Source of the DNA: Macrostomum lignano
Taxonomy: Eukaryota
Direction of reading: 5' to 3'
NCBI GenBank assembly: GCA_002269645.1
Contig: NIVC01001113.1
Location: 248,001 to 312,000 of the forward strand
DNA: 64,000 nt
Below the pieces are notes generated by a model. It saw only the letters and a program-made list of their open reading frames with translations, was not told the origin of the DNA and made no database searches. A program made the translations under genes and the position numbers. Positions 48,915-61,262 of this stretch are shown piece by piece. The first letter of the stretch is position 1; each line of letters starts with the position of its first letter.

Positions 48915-49763
48915 TCACGCATTCATTTTTCTGTTACGAAAAATAGACAAAAATGGCACACCATACGCAAGTATACAATTTGAATGAATTGCAAGTAGGA
49001 GACCCAGTAGAGTATCTATGTATGGTGATTCAACTCCTGGAAGCTTAGGGTAGCTCGAGGTGTCTGTTCTATTAGATGCCTTAAGTTCGACAGTGTCTTG
49101 TTTAATTGTATGGGACGGTTTCAATCCAGTCATGCGTGTGATTTCATTGTTCAGTTGCTCTATAACAGTGGGGAGGCGGTCTGTCGATTTTGTATAGTAT
49201 TGGCCACTTTTTAGTTTTAGCGCCTCTGCTGTCTGCTTAGTGAATAGTCTCTTGGCTAGAGTTAGATTGAATCTTTCCACAAAAGCCTGGTCTCTGTGGA
49301 GCTCAGTTCTTCCGTAGCGCATTTTCGTATTGTTCTTTTCCATAAGCGATTTGACTGTACCCATGCCAGGATCAGTCATAAAGGTTTGGGGGTATGTGAG
49401 CGGAGAGTTTTTGTAAATTTCTTGGAGGGCAGCTGCAACTGCTTCTGACTTCTTTGTCTTAAGTGGTCTCGCTTCCTTATATCTGGAGGCAGTCTATAAC
49501 TGTGAGAGCATACTTGTAGCCTGAGTCATTGGGGAGAAACAGAAGATCTGTTTGGTGCGCCTCATTAGGTTTATAGATGTTAAAGTGAGGTCCTGTAAAT
49601 TGGACAGGTGGGAAATAGACTTGGTAGACTTCTTGGTTGAAGAGCCATCTTTCAACTGTTTGTTTTAATTCATTACAAAGTTCTGCGAGTTTGGTGACTG
49701 CATTTTTCCTACAAAGAATCCTTCGTCGCTGTAGTAGAGCTTTTGAAATTTCTGATCTGTCAT
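48915..49763 (-). pseudogene. Maverick-type retroviral-like integrase, copy A (frameshifted)
   Basis: Clearly homologous to 62278; FMTDPG, VERFNLTLAKRLF. Confidence 0.88.
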
Positions 49764-49794
49764 TTTTTTTAAAAAGAAAATTTTAAATAAAAAA

Positions 49795-50265
49795 TTGCAA
49801 CGCTATGGTGGTAACTTAGATTCACATGGACTGATAGAAAAGCTTCCTCATCCAGACAAAGGCTGGACAATTCCCGGCTACAAATATTGCGGGCCTTCGA
49901 ATCCACAAATACAGTTAGAGAAAAACAATAATCCAAATCCTGGGCATGAGCCTGTGAACGAGCTAGACTCTGTCTGCATGTGGCACGACGTTAGGTATAG
50001 GGATTTTCCTGGGGAGAAGAATCGCTGGGACAAAGAAATGCTTAGAAAAGACAATATGGGGACTTCAAGCGGGTGGAGGGAATCGATCGCTCGGAAGCTA
50101 GTTAAAGCTGTTATTTTTGGAAAGACAAATCTGGGGTTGGGGCTTGGCGGCTGTTTGGGAGAAGGGGCGGGTTTTGTATTGCATGCGCCAAGTAAAGAAC
50201 TAGGAAGACTGCTGAAAGAGCTGGGGGTTGAGAGAGCAGAATCATTGTTAATCGAATTTAGCTAG
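49795..50265 (+). CDS. Parvovirus-VP1-type phospholipase A2, copy A (start codon reads TTG)
   Basis: IPGYKYCGPSN..EPVNELDSVCMWHDVRY: Ca-loop-like YxGP and HDxxY. Confidence 0.85.
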   Translation: MQRYGGNLDSHGLIEKLPHPDKGWTIPGYKYCGPSNPQIQLEKNNNPNPGHEPVNELDSVCMWHDVRYRDFPGEKNRWDKEMLRKDNMGTSSGWRESIARKLVKAVIFGKTNLGLGLGGCLGEGAGFVLHAPSKELGRLLKELGVERAESLLIEFS

Positions 50266-50875
50266 CATAATTTAGCAAATTTTTAGCCACGTCTGAACTG
50301 AACTGCGCATAACCAAGGCTCAGCAACCACTACCACAAACCCCCACCTCATGACGGTTTTTAAGTAAAGGCGGAAGCCAGCCAGCCCTCTTCACTCAATT
50401 GCTATTAGAAAACGCAATGGCTGAAAGAATTAGTTAGAACCGCTCGACTTAACACATTTGTGAACGATTTGATTAATTTAATACCTTTAGACGAGAGAGA
50501 TGGACTCCAACAATTGTTGGAAATCTCTCTTCTCTTTCATGGTGGAAATCTCTCTTTCCATCATGCTTCTCCTTCATGCTCCTCACCTCACCCTATGCTG
50601 TGTACAGAGAAGTCTCACCCCTCACTTTCACACGCCTCTTGTTCTATCGTACACTGAGCTATATTGATTGTTTTTCCCTGCTTGACTCCAAGATTGTACA
50701 GTCTAGAATTTTATGGCATTCTACGCCTGGCAGGGTCTGAAAAGGGGTATGGTGTGGAGGCGAGCCGATTTGTTGAATCAGGGGTAAAAAAATAGCAGGG
50801 TTAGTTAGGGGAAGAGTTTGCCTCTTATAAAGCCACTGCTGCAGTTCACTGCTGCTTTCTATAAAGATTTAGAAA

Positions 50876-51551
50876 ATGGAAGTCGAGTGGAATCTTCATT
50901 AGACAGATAAGCAAGGCCTTTGTGCCATGCTACAAAGAACTTTACAGGATATGCCATCACATCTACAAGCAAGAAGAAGAGAGGAACTAACCACCTTTTT
51001 CGGTCTAGAAACTGGCGACCTTACCAATCGAGTTTTTCACCACGGCCCCTGATGATATCACCGCAGCGAATGAAGCGCAAAATGTGAGAAGCGAAGAGAA
51101 GAAGATGGCGGATCGGCAGAAGAAGATGGCGGATCTGCAGAAATTCGGGGAGAAGCTGTACGCATCCCGCGTAACACTAACTGATAAGCTGATGGATGCT
51201 GTTGATCACCAGCTTCCATCTAGCGAGCAGAACATCATCACTAGGGTCAAGGCAGCTCTAGCAAAGTATAAGAAGACTCAAATTGGAGGTCTACATTGGA
51301 TTCTCAAGGTTGGGCGGCTGCTTTCAACTTATCGCACTGAAGAGAAAAAAATAATTTTGAACAAGGTGTTAAAGTGCGGTTCGCCCATTTGTGCAAAAAT
51401 GTTAACATCCAGCAATCAACTGGCTATTTTTACATTCGTCTCTACAAACTCTGTTACCTACCCAGGCTTGAGACAGGTGTCGATGCCAATTAGGGAATTA
51501 AACTCTAAGATGAAGTTTCTAGAAGAAATTTTAGCTCATGATCCTGCGTGA
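50876..51551 (+). pseudogene. Orphan gene Y (stop and frameshift in the 5' part; 155-codon open 3' part)
   Basis: TATA-like CTTATAAAG and CTATAAAG upstream; protein-like composition; no family recognised. Confidence 0.45.
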
Positions 51552-51590
51552 AAAACTGTGTAATTTTTTAATTTAGTTCATTTAGAATTT

Positions 51591-51867
51591 TTCTAACGCG
51601 TTAGAATTTCAACTACTAACTGGAGGCAACCGATTGGTTAAGTAGGGGAGGGTAGCAATTTTCTCAGTGCTGCGTGCAGCTCAATCGGTGGGTTTTGAAT
51701 TCTAACGCTGTTAAAAATTTCTATGTAAAAATTTGGTGTGCCCAAGCTTGTCTTGCAGGAAACTTTTCACATAGAAATTTCTAACAGCGTTAGAAAATCT
51801 AGCTGCTGGCTCAAAGGAACGCTAGGCTGGCTCGGTATGTCGTCGAAAAATTCTAACGCTGTTAGAC
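51591..51867. repeat. Cluster of four TTCTAAC-GC(T)-GTTAGAA palindromes
   Basis: 51591-606 (perfect 16-bp palindrome), 51700-716, 51779-795, 51851-867; copies 2 and 3 lie in a 27-bp inverted repeat (1 mismatch). Confidence 0.85.
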
Positions 51868-52008
51868 AATTCTGAGAGCATACATAGTGTCTGTTTTTTC
51901 TATTAATTTTTTATAATTTTGTAAGAATTAATAAATATCCTATCAGCTGTGCAACCGTTAATATCAACGCCGGGCCAATATTTTCTCATGTACTCACTGC
52001 ATTCAAGG

Positions 52009-52542
52009 TTTGCATTGGTACTTACTCTTGTAATTAGGCTCGTGCGCTTTGTAATAAGAACCTGGAGAGACGATTGGAAGCATTTTTATTGAGAACTTAA
52101 TTTTTTTTCAAAGGGCAAGTGCAGCCCACTCTTTTTTCTGATTCTGTCAGAGATAATATGGATGGATTTGATCGGATTATGTTCGAAGTTTTCGGAGCAA
52201 GTGCGACCCCCCTTTTTTATTCTGTCGGGGATAATATGGATGGATTTAATGGGATTATGTTCGAAGTTTTCAGAGCAAGTGCGACCCCCCTTTTTTCTGA
52301 TTCTGTCGGGAATAATATGGATGGATTTAATGGGATCATGGACGACGTTTTCGGAGTAAGTACGACCCCCCTTTTTTCTGATTTTGTCGGGGATAATATG
52401 GATGGATTTAATGGGATTATGTTCGAAGTTTTCAAAGCAAGTGTGACTTTTTTTTATTCTGTCGGGGATAATATGGATGGATTTAATGGGATTATGGACG
52501 ACGTTAAAAATTTTGTCCCAGAAGCCCCTCATGCATTCTACT
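52009..52542. repeat. Maverick-like terminal module, copy A (right end)
   Basis: Conserved head, five 75-81-bp units, tail ending ..CATGCATTCTACT (AGTAG on the minus strand). Confidence 0.72.
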
Positions 52543-52836
52543 ATTCTCCGACTCGCTAGTTTCATAAGAACTATTTGTTGACTCAGAATCTGTTGAACGA
52601 ACCTCCCAATCCTCTGAATTTAAATAATCACCAAGTTGAAATATTAGCTCCCCCTCATGTTCTAAATCATATAACCCATCCAACTGTAGCGGATAAAGTT
52701 TTAATTCGTGCCTATCGTCATATTTTAAATAAACCTCATCGATTATTCCATTCAATATATGCTGTTTTATTATCTCTGCATTTTTAGCAACAGCTTCAAA
52801 AGTATCACTTACTGAAAAGTTGAAAACACGGCTCAT
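52543..52836 (-). pseudogene. Orphan acidic ORF cut by terminal module A
   Basis: ORF 52504-52836 runs into the module end at 52542. Confidence 0.35.
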
Positions 52837-53411
52837 TTTTTGTAACAGAAAAACTCTTTTAAGACCCTTTGCGCCTGCGGCGCGGGCGGGGGTTATTGTC
52901 TGTTAGTTGCTGTTGGGTGTGTTGGTTAGATAGTAGTAGGCAAAACAACGCTTCTAGATCAGACCCTATAAGAGTCTAGAGGGGGCGGTCAAGTTTATAG
53001 CACAAACACATTTTTATGTTTGTGTCCGTTTTTAAGTATTGGTTGTTATATGTGGATTGTTGTGGGGTTTGGCGTTTTTTGAATTGGTTAGTGTTATTGG
53101 TGCTTTTTGGGGGGTTGGGTGCTTTTTGGGATTGGATGGTGCAATTTAGTGTTTTTTTTATTTTCCCCCGACCGCCCCCTCTGGACTTCTAAATGAGGTG
53201 TTTATTAGGGGCTCTGGGTCTAGAAGCGTTGTTTTGCCTACTACTGATGACTAACACAGGAATTCGGGCTTCTATTCGCGCTAAACACAAACAATCTCGC
53301 ACCGTAACAATATGGCCAGCTATTATCTGACCCCCGTAGACTTGCGACTTGAATAGATACTGTAGAGGTTCTACCTCGCGCCCACCCACTCAAAATACCA
53401 ATCTGACCATA

Positions 53412-54704
53412 CGAGGGGCACTATTAAAGTTCTGAGCCTGACCAAGATCTTATAGTGGCAAAGTGTTGAAACTTTAGGCTCTAAAAGCGCCATATGTTAA
53501 TAGTCTATTGTCAACTTTTCAGAATTTTCTGCATTCCCTAAGTCCCACTGCACCATTTTATTTCCAGCACCCTATGGCATTTTCTCAAGAATTGAAGCTT
53601 GAGCACAGGGCAGTGATTAAATTTCTGACTCGGGAGGGCTCAAAGCCTGCTGAAATTCAAAGCCGCATGGCTAGTGTGTACGCTGACGCTGCCCCCTCAT
53701 ACGCCACCATAAAGCGCTGGGCAGCCGAGTTCAAGCGTGGCCGCGACTCGCTCGAAGATGACCCCCGATGTGGACGACCCCGGACTGCTGTCACTGCCGA
53801 CAACATCCAGCGCATCCAGGCTCTGGTTGACAGTGACCAGCGGGTGAAAGTTAGGGAACTTGCGGCAGACACTGGACTCTCTGACCCGCAAGTCATTGAG
53901 ATCCTGCACCAGCATCTTCATCTGTCCAAGGTTTCTGCCAGATGGATCCCACGAATCTTGACAAGGGACCAAAAGACCGCACGGGTGCAGTACTCAAAGC
54001 TTGTCCTGGACTCCTACGATCCGGACCCTGCCAACTTTCTGTCCTGCTGCGTGACCGGGGATGAGACGTGGATCCATCACCACGATCCCGAGTCCAAGCA
54101 GGAGTCCAAGCAGTGGCTGCCAGTTGGTTCACCTGCACCACTGAAGGCACGGACTGCATGCAGTGCGGGCAAGATTATGCTCACCGTCTTCTGGGATGCC
54201 AAGGGCCCGCTGCTGCTGGACTTTCTACCGCACAAGCAGACAGTCACAGGCGCCTACTACGCTGACCTGATCGCCCGTCTGCGCGAGGCAATCAAGGAAA
54301 ATAGGCGAGGGATGCTGAGCCGAGGTGTTGTGCTGCTGCACGACAATGCACCGGCCCACACTAGCAGGATTGCCAAGGCTGCTGTCAGTGTCGCAGGGTT
54401 TCGAGAGCTGCCGCACCCAGCCTATTCACCAGACCTGGCCCCGAGCAACTTCCACCTGTTTCCACATCTCAAGCGGGCGCTCCGTGGACAGCGATTTGAC
54501 ACTGATGATGCACTGAAGGATGCTGCAACTGCTTGGTTTGAGGGCTGCTCGGTGCAATTCTTCCAGAGTGGCATTGAGGCGCTGCGATCAAGATGCCATA
54601 AGTGCATCTTGGTTGGGGGAGACTATGTTGAGAAAAGCTGATCTCACTTTGCCCATATCTCCTCTCTTTCATATTAAGGCTCAGAACTTTAATAGTGCCC
54701 CTCG
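53412..54704 (+). mobile_element. Full-length mariner element (1293 bp)
   Basis: Perfect 28-bp TIRs CGAGGGGCACTATTAAAGTTCTGAGCCT; TA TSD. Confidence 0.97.
53574..54641 (+). CDS. Mariner transposase (355 aa, open frame; third catalytic residue is N)
   Basis: HTH, GRP, WIPRIL, VTGDETW, HDNAPAH, YSPDLAPSNF. Confidence 0.95.
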   Translation: MAFSQELKLEHRAVIKFLTREGSKPAEIQSRMASVYADAAPSYATIKRWAAEFKRGRDSLEDDPRCGRPRTAVTADNIQRIQALVDSDQRVKVRELAADTGLSDPQVIEILHQHLHLSKVSARWIPRILTRDQKTARVQYSKLVLDSYDPDPANFLSCCVTGDETWIHHHDPESKQESKQWLPVGSPAPLKARTACSAGKIMLTVFWDAKGPLLLDFLPHKQTVTGAYYADLIARLREAIKENRRGMLSRGVVLLHDNAPAHTSRIAKAAVSVAGFRELPHPAYSPDLAPSNFHLFPHLKRALRGQRFDTDDALKDAATAWFEGCSVQFFQSGIEALRSRCHKCILVGGDYVEKS

Positions 54705-57479
54705 TACTAGCGACCAAATCATCCGACCAAATCGTCCGAGTTTTGGTTTTGGTTTTGGATTTTGGCAACCAATAGGAGTGAGTCGCATAAGCTAAAAATT
54801 ATTTTTTAGCTTATATACCATATATATATAACTACTTCATTCGCCGACAGGTAGACATAGAACGAGCGTGCTTCTAACTACTCAACCACTACTCAGCCAT
54901 TGCTTTATTTTTTATTATGCCCTCTGCTCACCAATTACGAAAACTATTTGCCGAAGCAAATTACAAGCTAGGGCAGATTAAAAGAAGAATTAATCAGCTG
55001 TACCCAATAACCATTTTTCTGATATGGCGCAAATCGAAAACGCCTTATCGATAAAGCTTACGCCCGGCGACCTGGCCAGGCCTTTGTGGACGTGAATATC
55101 CATGTCCACAAGTGCGTTAAAAAGGACGCACAAACACAGGTCGCCGAGTGCGACATCGACGGTGGCCACTCAGTGGCCATGCAAACCGCCGAACAAGACA
55201 AAGAATGGGGACGCGTGTTAACCCCTAAAAAGACTCCATGGGACGGAGGCCCCTACAAGACCTCCGCGACCAGCCAGCCGTGGCCCACGTCACACGGCTA
55301 CCACCAATATTTATGGTCCAAAGGCACCCGCCCAGAGGGCGAGGAAGACTACAATAATTAAAGCTGCCTCTCTATAACACTGAAAAACTTTGACACAACT
55401 ATTTATAGACCTCTGCTAGCACATCCTTCTCTACCTCTAATACAACGTTTTACTGCCATTTGCAGATTTCTAACATCTTATATCTTACTATAACAGGAAA
55501 CACATCGATAATAGATGAATCAAATCCTTGTTAGCACAAGGATTTCGAAAAAAGGGGGAATCATATAGGAGTTAGAAATATGGTTTTAACCTTTAAGTTA
55601 GAAAATAGGTAGAAATTTATGAAAAGTCCAGGCGCAGTGAAAGGCGAGGCAGAAAAGCACAATAGAGCCTCTAGTTACTTATGAGAACAGCAAACTGAAG
55701 CAGCCCTAAGATAATAATTAGCTGTCAATCAATTTGAATAGCTGAATCTAATTAAGTCTTTTTCCATTCCAGTCAGTAGCGACACCCCGCAGCAGGAACA
55801 AGGGCGATTAAACTGGCTGGGAGAAGTAGCTCAGCTTAGAGAACAACGCGGCACGCGGCATCTTCTGGAGCACCCTGGGGGAGAAACGTGAGGCCCACCT
55901 ACAGACTCCCATCCAACCTGAAGTGGCCCAAGAAGGCGAGATCAACCCCAAGCTGCCTGACAACCGATAGAAACAGAGGACTGTTTAATAATCTATGGAC
56001 AGAGTTTAGAGACGGAAAACTAAGCACTTTTCCTATAATCTTTCTATCCCAAATTTTATCCAACTCTCTTCGATACTCTTCGATACAGTTATTTGTCTTA
56101 ATTGTTACGCAGAGCATATCCGAGAAAGAGTCAAACTCAGCTTAGATACTAGGAGTTCCCGTCAGTTTATACGGTTTTCTCTGACGGCCTGATTGGAGAG
56201 ATTAGAGTTGTAAGAACCTTAGACCGCTAGACATCTATCTTAAGAAAGTGAGAACACAAACTCAAAGGCCCCAGAGAAAAACGCGTATACAGCCCTCCCC
56301 TCCCTTCCCGCTCCTTTAATGGGGGGGGGGGGTTACGTCGCGCAATTTTAGCGGCTTCTAACTCGGTCCACCCCTTCCCCTCAACCAACCCCAACCCTCC
56401 ATAATCCACCACACGATCGCTCGTCCCTATGAGTAATTTATTTTAATATAATATCCTACCGACAGCAGTCCGGAAAATTTTTTAGTCTTGTCTTAACAAT
56501 CACATTGTACTCCAACTGAGAGTATGGATAAATCCGCCGGAATGAAAGAATTAGCTGAGCGTCACGTGAGAGATGGTAAGCAAATATTGCTCTTTATGTT
56601 TATTAACAAGCTGATCGGGTAGTAATGGCCTGCGTCTACTCTCTTTGCAGCGTTCAAAAACGGGGTGTTTGCGCGGCCACCTCCAGGGTACATGTACCCC
56701 AAGAATGTTACAGTTTCCGGCGGCGAATACGCCCTGACTGTACAAGCCCTAGGTGCTGGCTGGTACCGATTTTTCTTCCGTGAGAAGGAGTCGGGAAGAC
56801 TCACTAATGTTGACTATTGTGATTTAACTAAGGATGCCTGACTGCTTTTTTCTCTGCTTACAATACATAGCAACACTTAAAATTACCAGGCTTTTTTTTC
56901 CGGGTGTGATCGGTTTGTCGATCAGTGACTGAGAATTGAAAACTGATTATTTCTTTTGGCGTATTATATTTTAGTTCGTTAAATTTAAGTATACTAAGTT
57001 TTGGAACAAGTGAAAATACAAAGAACGGGAACAGTGGGCGAAGAACTGCAGAAAATATATAAGTTTTATAACGAAAATTGGATACTGAAGCATTCAATTA
57101 AGACAGCTTCGTGGCTTACGAATGTTATAAATGCAAAATATAAACGTATAACAGAGTTGAGATATTTAAGCGCCTACTACTGTTTTAAGCTAGCAACTTG
57201 TTGTTAGTTCTTTGAAGTATATGTATATTTTTGGTTGGTAAAATTCAAATACGTTTTAATATTGAAAAATGGGAGTTTGTATTGTTTGTATTTCTCAATG
57301 GTCTTTTCTCAGAAATTCTCAAAAAATCTCACACTAACTTTCAATGCTTTATAGGACAAGACAGAACTCAAAATTTTGAATTAAGTCAACTTTGCTCAGT
57401 TCGTGCTACAGGTACTAGGGGTCGCTTATGTGCAATTTCTGCTTCGTCTTCTTCTACAAGTGCTGCCGAAAGATCCGAA

Positions 57480-58080
57480 AATATCCACCACTGAAAGATA
57501 TTTGAGCTCACATATCATTGACAATATTATTACTCAACTACATAGATACTTTACCTACTGAAGACACTCTTGGAATTGTTTTGGTTTACAGTGCAAAGAT
57601 TATTCATCTAGCTAGACGCCTTGGAATGCAAGATGATTCTGCCGAAGATGAAATGTAAACAGTATCATCTGATTCTGATTCTCATTCGAGCCAAGAACAG
57701 GGGCATCAGAGAAGGTCGCCAAGGACAATACCTGGCCAGTTTCAAATACTCATCCATAGCTTAATAGCTCACAAGACTGAATTCGCCGCCTACAAGCTTA
57801 AAAGTCCTGTTTCATTCTGGGCTTTTTTCTTGAAGTACAGACAGTTGAATGGATGCCTAGAATAAAAAACTAATTCAGGTCGTGCTAACTTTGCATATTT
57901 TTTCAGTTGATGCAGAACGAGGATTTTCTATCTATAAACATATAGCATATGATAGAAGAATACGGTTAACATCTGCCAACATTGAGCATCTATTACGAAT
58001 TAGCATTAATGGTCCTCCACTGGGCAATATTATACCGGACATTTATGTAAATAACTGGATAAAGAGTCACTGGGCATCAG
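57480..58080 (+). pseudogene. hAT transposase C-terminal remnant (ZNF862-like dimerisation region)
   Basis: SVDAERGFS.YKHI..DRRIRLT..NIEHLLRISINGP. Confidence 0.7.
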
Positions 58081-59931
58081 ATGCTCCTGGTGGAAGAGAT
58101 CGAGAATACTTAAAGGACGAAACGTCTCCCAGCGACGCCTACTGGACATGGGGCGGTACTCGTACTACGCGCAAGAAAACCGCCAGATGACACCGGAGGT
58201 CACCAATACCTCCTAGAGGCAACAGTATACGTCCCTCCAACCGCTCATATGGCCGTTGGCGGTGTTGGCATCCCGTGCTCAGCGCCTGGTACAACAGTTC
58301 TTACAAGAAGTGTTCTAAACACCTAACGCTCTTACTTTAATTAATTCCAGTTATCTACAACACGACAATTACGCTAATGTTATTACTGTATAAAAATGCG
58401 TGTATCTTTCAATAAAAAGCCATTACCAATGTGACATTTCAAACAACCCACGATTTTTCTTTTTGTGACAAATGTATTGTAAATTCCAGACAAATTTTTC
58501 GTAAGGAGAGATATTGTAAAGATCTCTAAGCATGGTAGCCTACTAGAAATAGTAAGATAAAAAATTACGAATGCAAACTTAACATAGCATGCGTCGTACT
58601 CTATTTTAGTAATACCTGTAATAACACGAAAACAGTGAGTGACCATTCCATAATTCGAAAAAACCAGTTTTCAACCTATATTTTCAAATAAGGTATCCTT
58701 AAGGTACCCTTTTGAAAGGGTGAAAGGGTTTCACCCTTTGTAAGTTGAAACTTTAACTTAAGTTTCACCCTTTTCTATTTAAAACCCCACCGGTCAAAGG
58801 ACAAAGTCCATTTCTTTAATATTATTAAATAATAAAGATAATATTAATATTAGTAAAATCAAAAAACGGTTTGGGGCTCAAGGTAAAAACGGCAAATCGG
58901 TAAAAAATATTTTTGGGTGATTTTTCACGCAAAAAAGTGCTAAACTTGGTCATCGTGCAAAAACCGGACTTTGGAAGATTTTTGGAATTCATCTCGCATC
59001 AAGTCATGTGCGCTTTGTCAAATTTTAGAGAGCTACCAAAACCATACCGTAATGGGTTACGTTAATTAATATTCTAAGAAAACACTATTTATATCTGCAA
59101 CCTAAGAATCATGCGCAAATTGTGACTCAGAACCCTACGTAGAATGAACGTTTGTTTGTTCAAGGAACAGGATTTCAGCAGCTGTTTGCTTAACTCCATA
59201 TATAGTAATGCTTAAACTTTTATGACCTCTTACTTATATACGCATGACCTAAGTAATTATCCGATTTTAACATATATGTGCAACCTCAAAAATTCGGTGG
59301 CTTTAACAAAAATGCGACGTTTTTGGCCAAAAATGCGACTTACCTATAGTTCAGTACAACTGTGTAAAAAGACAGTTTCTTTTGAAGTTTCGCTTATCAA
59401 GGAGTGTAGGACTAGGATAGGCATTTCAGTGAGCGTCACGGAAGTAGTCCAAATCGGAAAAAGTATTTTTGATAGCAAGAGAGAAGGCATTTAGAAAATA
59501 AGTTATCGAGAAACGAAATATACATTAGAAAGGAAATCATTTCTACTTTAATATAAGACCACCGGCACGTTGATACGCTTCATAGCCAGAGCTATGAAGT
59601 GTGAAAGATATGTGAAAGTTTGCGGCAAATTTCAAATTTGTGATTTCGGAAAAAACATGACTCGTAACTAGACTTGAATTGTAAGAAAACAGAAGGCTCT
59701 TTCATTAAAATTCAAACGTCAAACGATAAATAGATGCCCGCCTTCGTTTGTAGGCAGGTTTGGGGGGGTTAGGGTTACGCTTATACTAATACTAGGATAC
59801 TATTCTAAGGTTACTATTCTAACTAACTATCAAGCCAATTTTGACCATGACCCTCCCTACCGTATTTGTAAACCACGTTGCGCTAGAACATTACACTTGA
59901 CATTGAGTGTTTTAGGCATGATTGTACAGTA

Positions 59932-60000
59932 AGTAGAATGCATGAGGGGGCTTCTGGGACAAAATTTTTCACCTCCTCCATAATCCACCTAAGTTCTAAA
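59932..60000. repeat. Maverick-like terminal module, copy B (left end, truncated)
   Basis: AGTAGAATGCATGAGGGGGCTTCTGGGACAAAATTTT..CATAATCC is the reverse complement of the tail of copy A. Confidence 0.72.
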
Positions 60001-60278
60001 AATAAAACCCATGCCATGCGCTCCACATGTGCTTTCCATTCTCCTTCCGCTTTGGCAACCCCAATCAACCATTAATAGAAAATACTGCCTATAAATAGAA
60101 AATCTGCGGGTTTCCCTTCTAGAATTCAAATTCTAGAAAATTCTAGAATAAAAAGAAAATCCATGGATTCCCGAGCCCACACCAATGGTATATATACAGC
60201 CGATTCACACCGCCCCTCGCCTCACCCTGCCTGCTCCACCTCGCCCTTGCTAAACCTCACTCGAATTTTTTTAATCTA

Positions 60279-61262
60279 ATGGCTTCCAAGACGCCAAGTA
60301 AAATTCTAAATAAAATTAAAAACATCAATACAAAGGACACAACCAGCACAGCAATCACCATCTCGGCAATGACCGAGGAAGAATAAGCTGCATTATTGAA
60401 AAGCCTTGAAAAGATTGATGAGCAATCTTCTAAGAAGGAAAGATCCGAGGAGGCCAAGCGCGTTGATGTCGAGAATGAAAGAAGAGACGTACGGTTCATA
60501 GCAAGGTTAAAGGAAACGATGAACAACATAAGAAAGGAAGAAATTGTGATCCAGACAAGGTAAGTCTTTTGCTTATTATTCTCTACCATTTTTTAGTGAA
60601 ACACATTGACAAAATTTCTCATAAATCTTGATATGGTGATTTAAACGTGATCAAACATGATTATAGACAGATTTGACATTAGATTAGAGATTTATGCAAG
60701 CAAACCTTTGATCTAATTTACATTATGATTGCATATTATTTCTTTTTAGATTTAACAACGCCAGGGAGTTGTGCACGGCCGATGTGCCAGCGATGAAGAG
60801 AGCATGCGCACGCAATACATCAATCTGGACTTCTTTATCGCAGAGGTTGAAGTTCTGGGGTGTCTAGCGAAGAAAAAACAAGCGGAAGTATTTGCAAAGT
60901 ACAAGAACAAGTTTGGTCTAACAACGGAAGAGACAGCCAGACGCTTGGATACTCCGGATAAATTTGGTCAGCGGCTTTTCACATTTCATGGTTTATTAAC
61001 CAAATTTCCTAACATCTTGTTCTCCGGCTACAGCATGGAGACATTGCTTACTTTCAAAAAGACTATCGAGAAGGAAGCATTCAACGACGAAAACTTCCGA
61101 TGCAAGCTAGAAACGGAGTTCACAATAATATGGGAAGGTGAAGACGAAGACGAAAGAAGCCTGTTGGAAGAGACAGAGGAGAAGATGGAGACATCTGCTT
61201 ACACAGTGAAGAGGAAGGAAGACGATGGACAATATGAAGGTGACTCTGAAAAAATACTATAA
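60279..61262 (+). pseudogene. Orphan gene X' (intron 60560-60749), paralog of 47923-48746
   Basis: Same phase-2 intron after IV(K/I)(T/Q)..TR; homologous exon 2; one stop and one frameshift; CTATAAATA upstream at ~60089. Confidence 0.7.

Noticed and set aside
52086-52565. Repeat-protein ORFs on both strands (HNPIKSIHII..)
   Set aside because: Unit lengths are multiples of 3 only in this copy (82 bp in copy C); non-coding repeat
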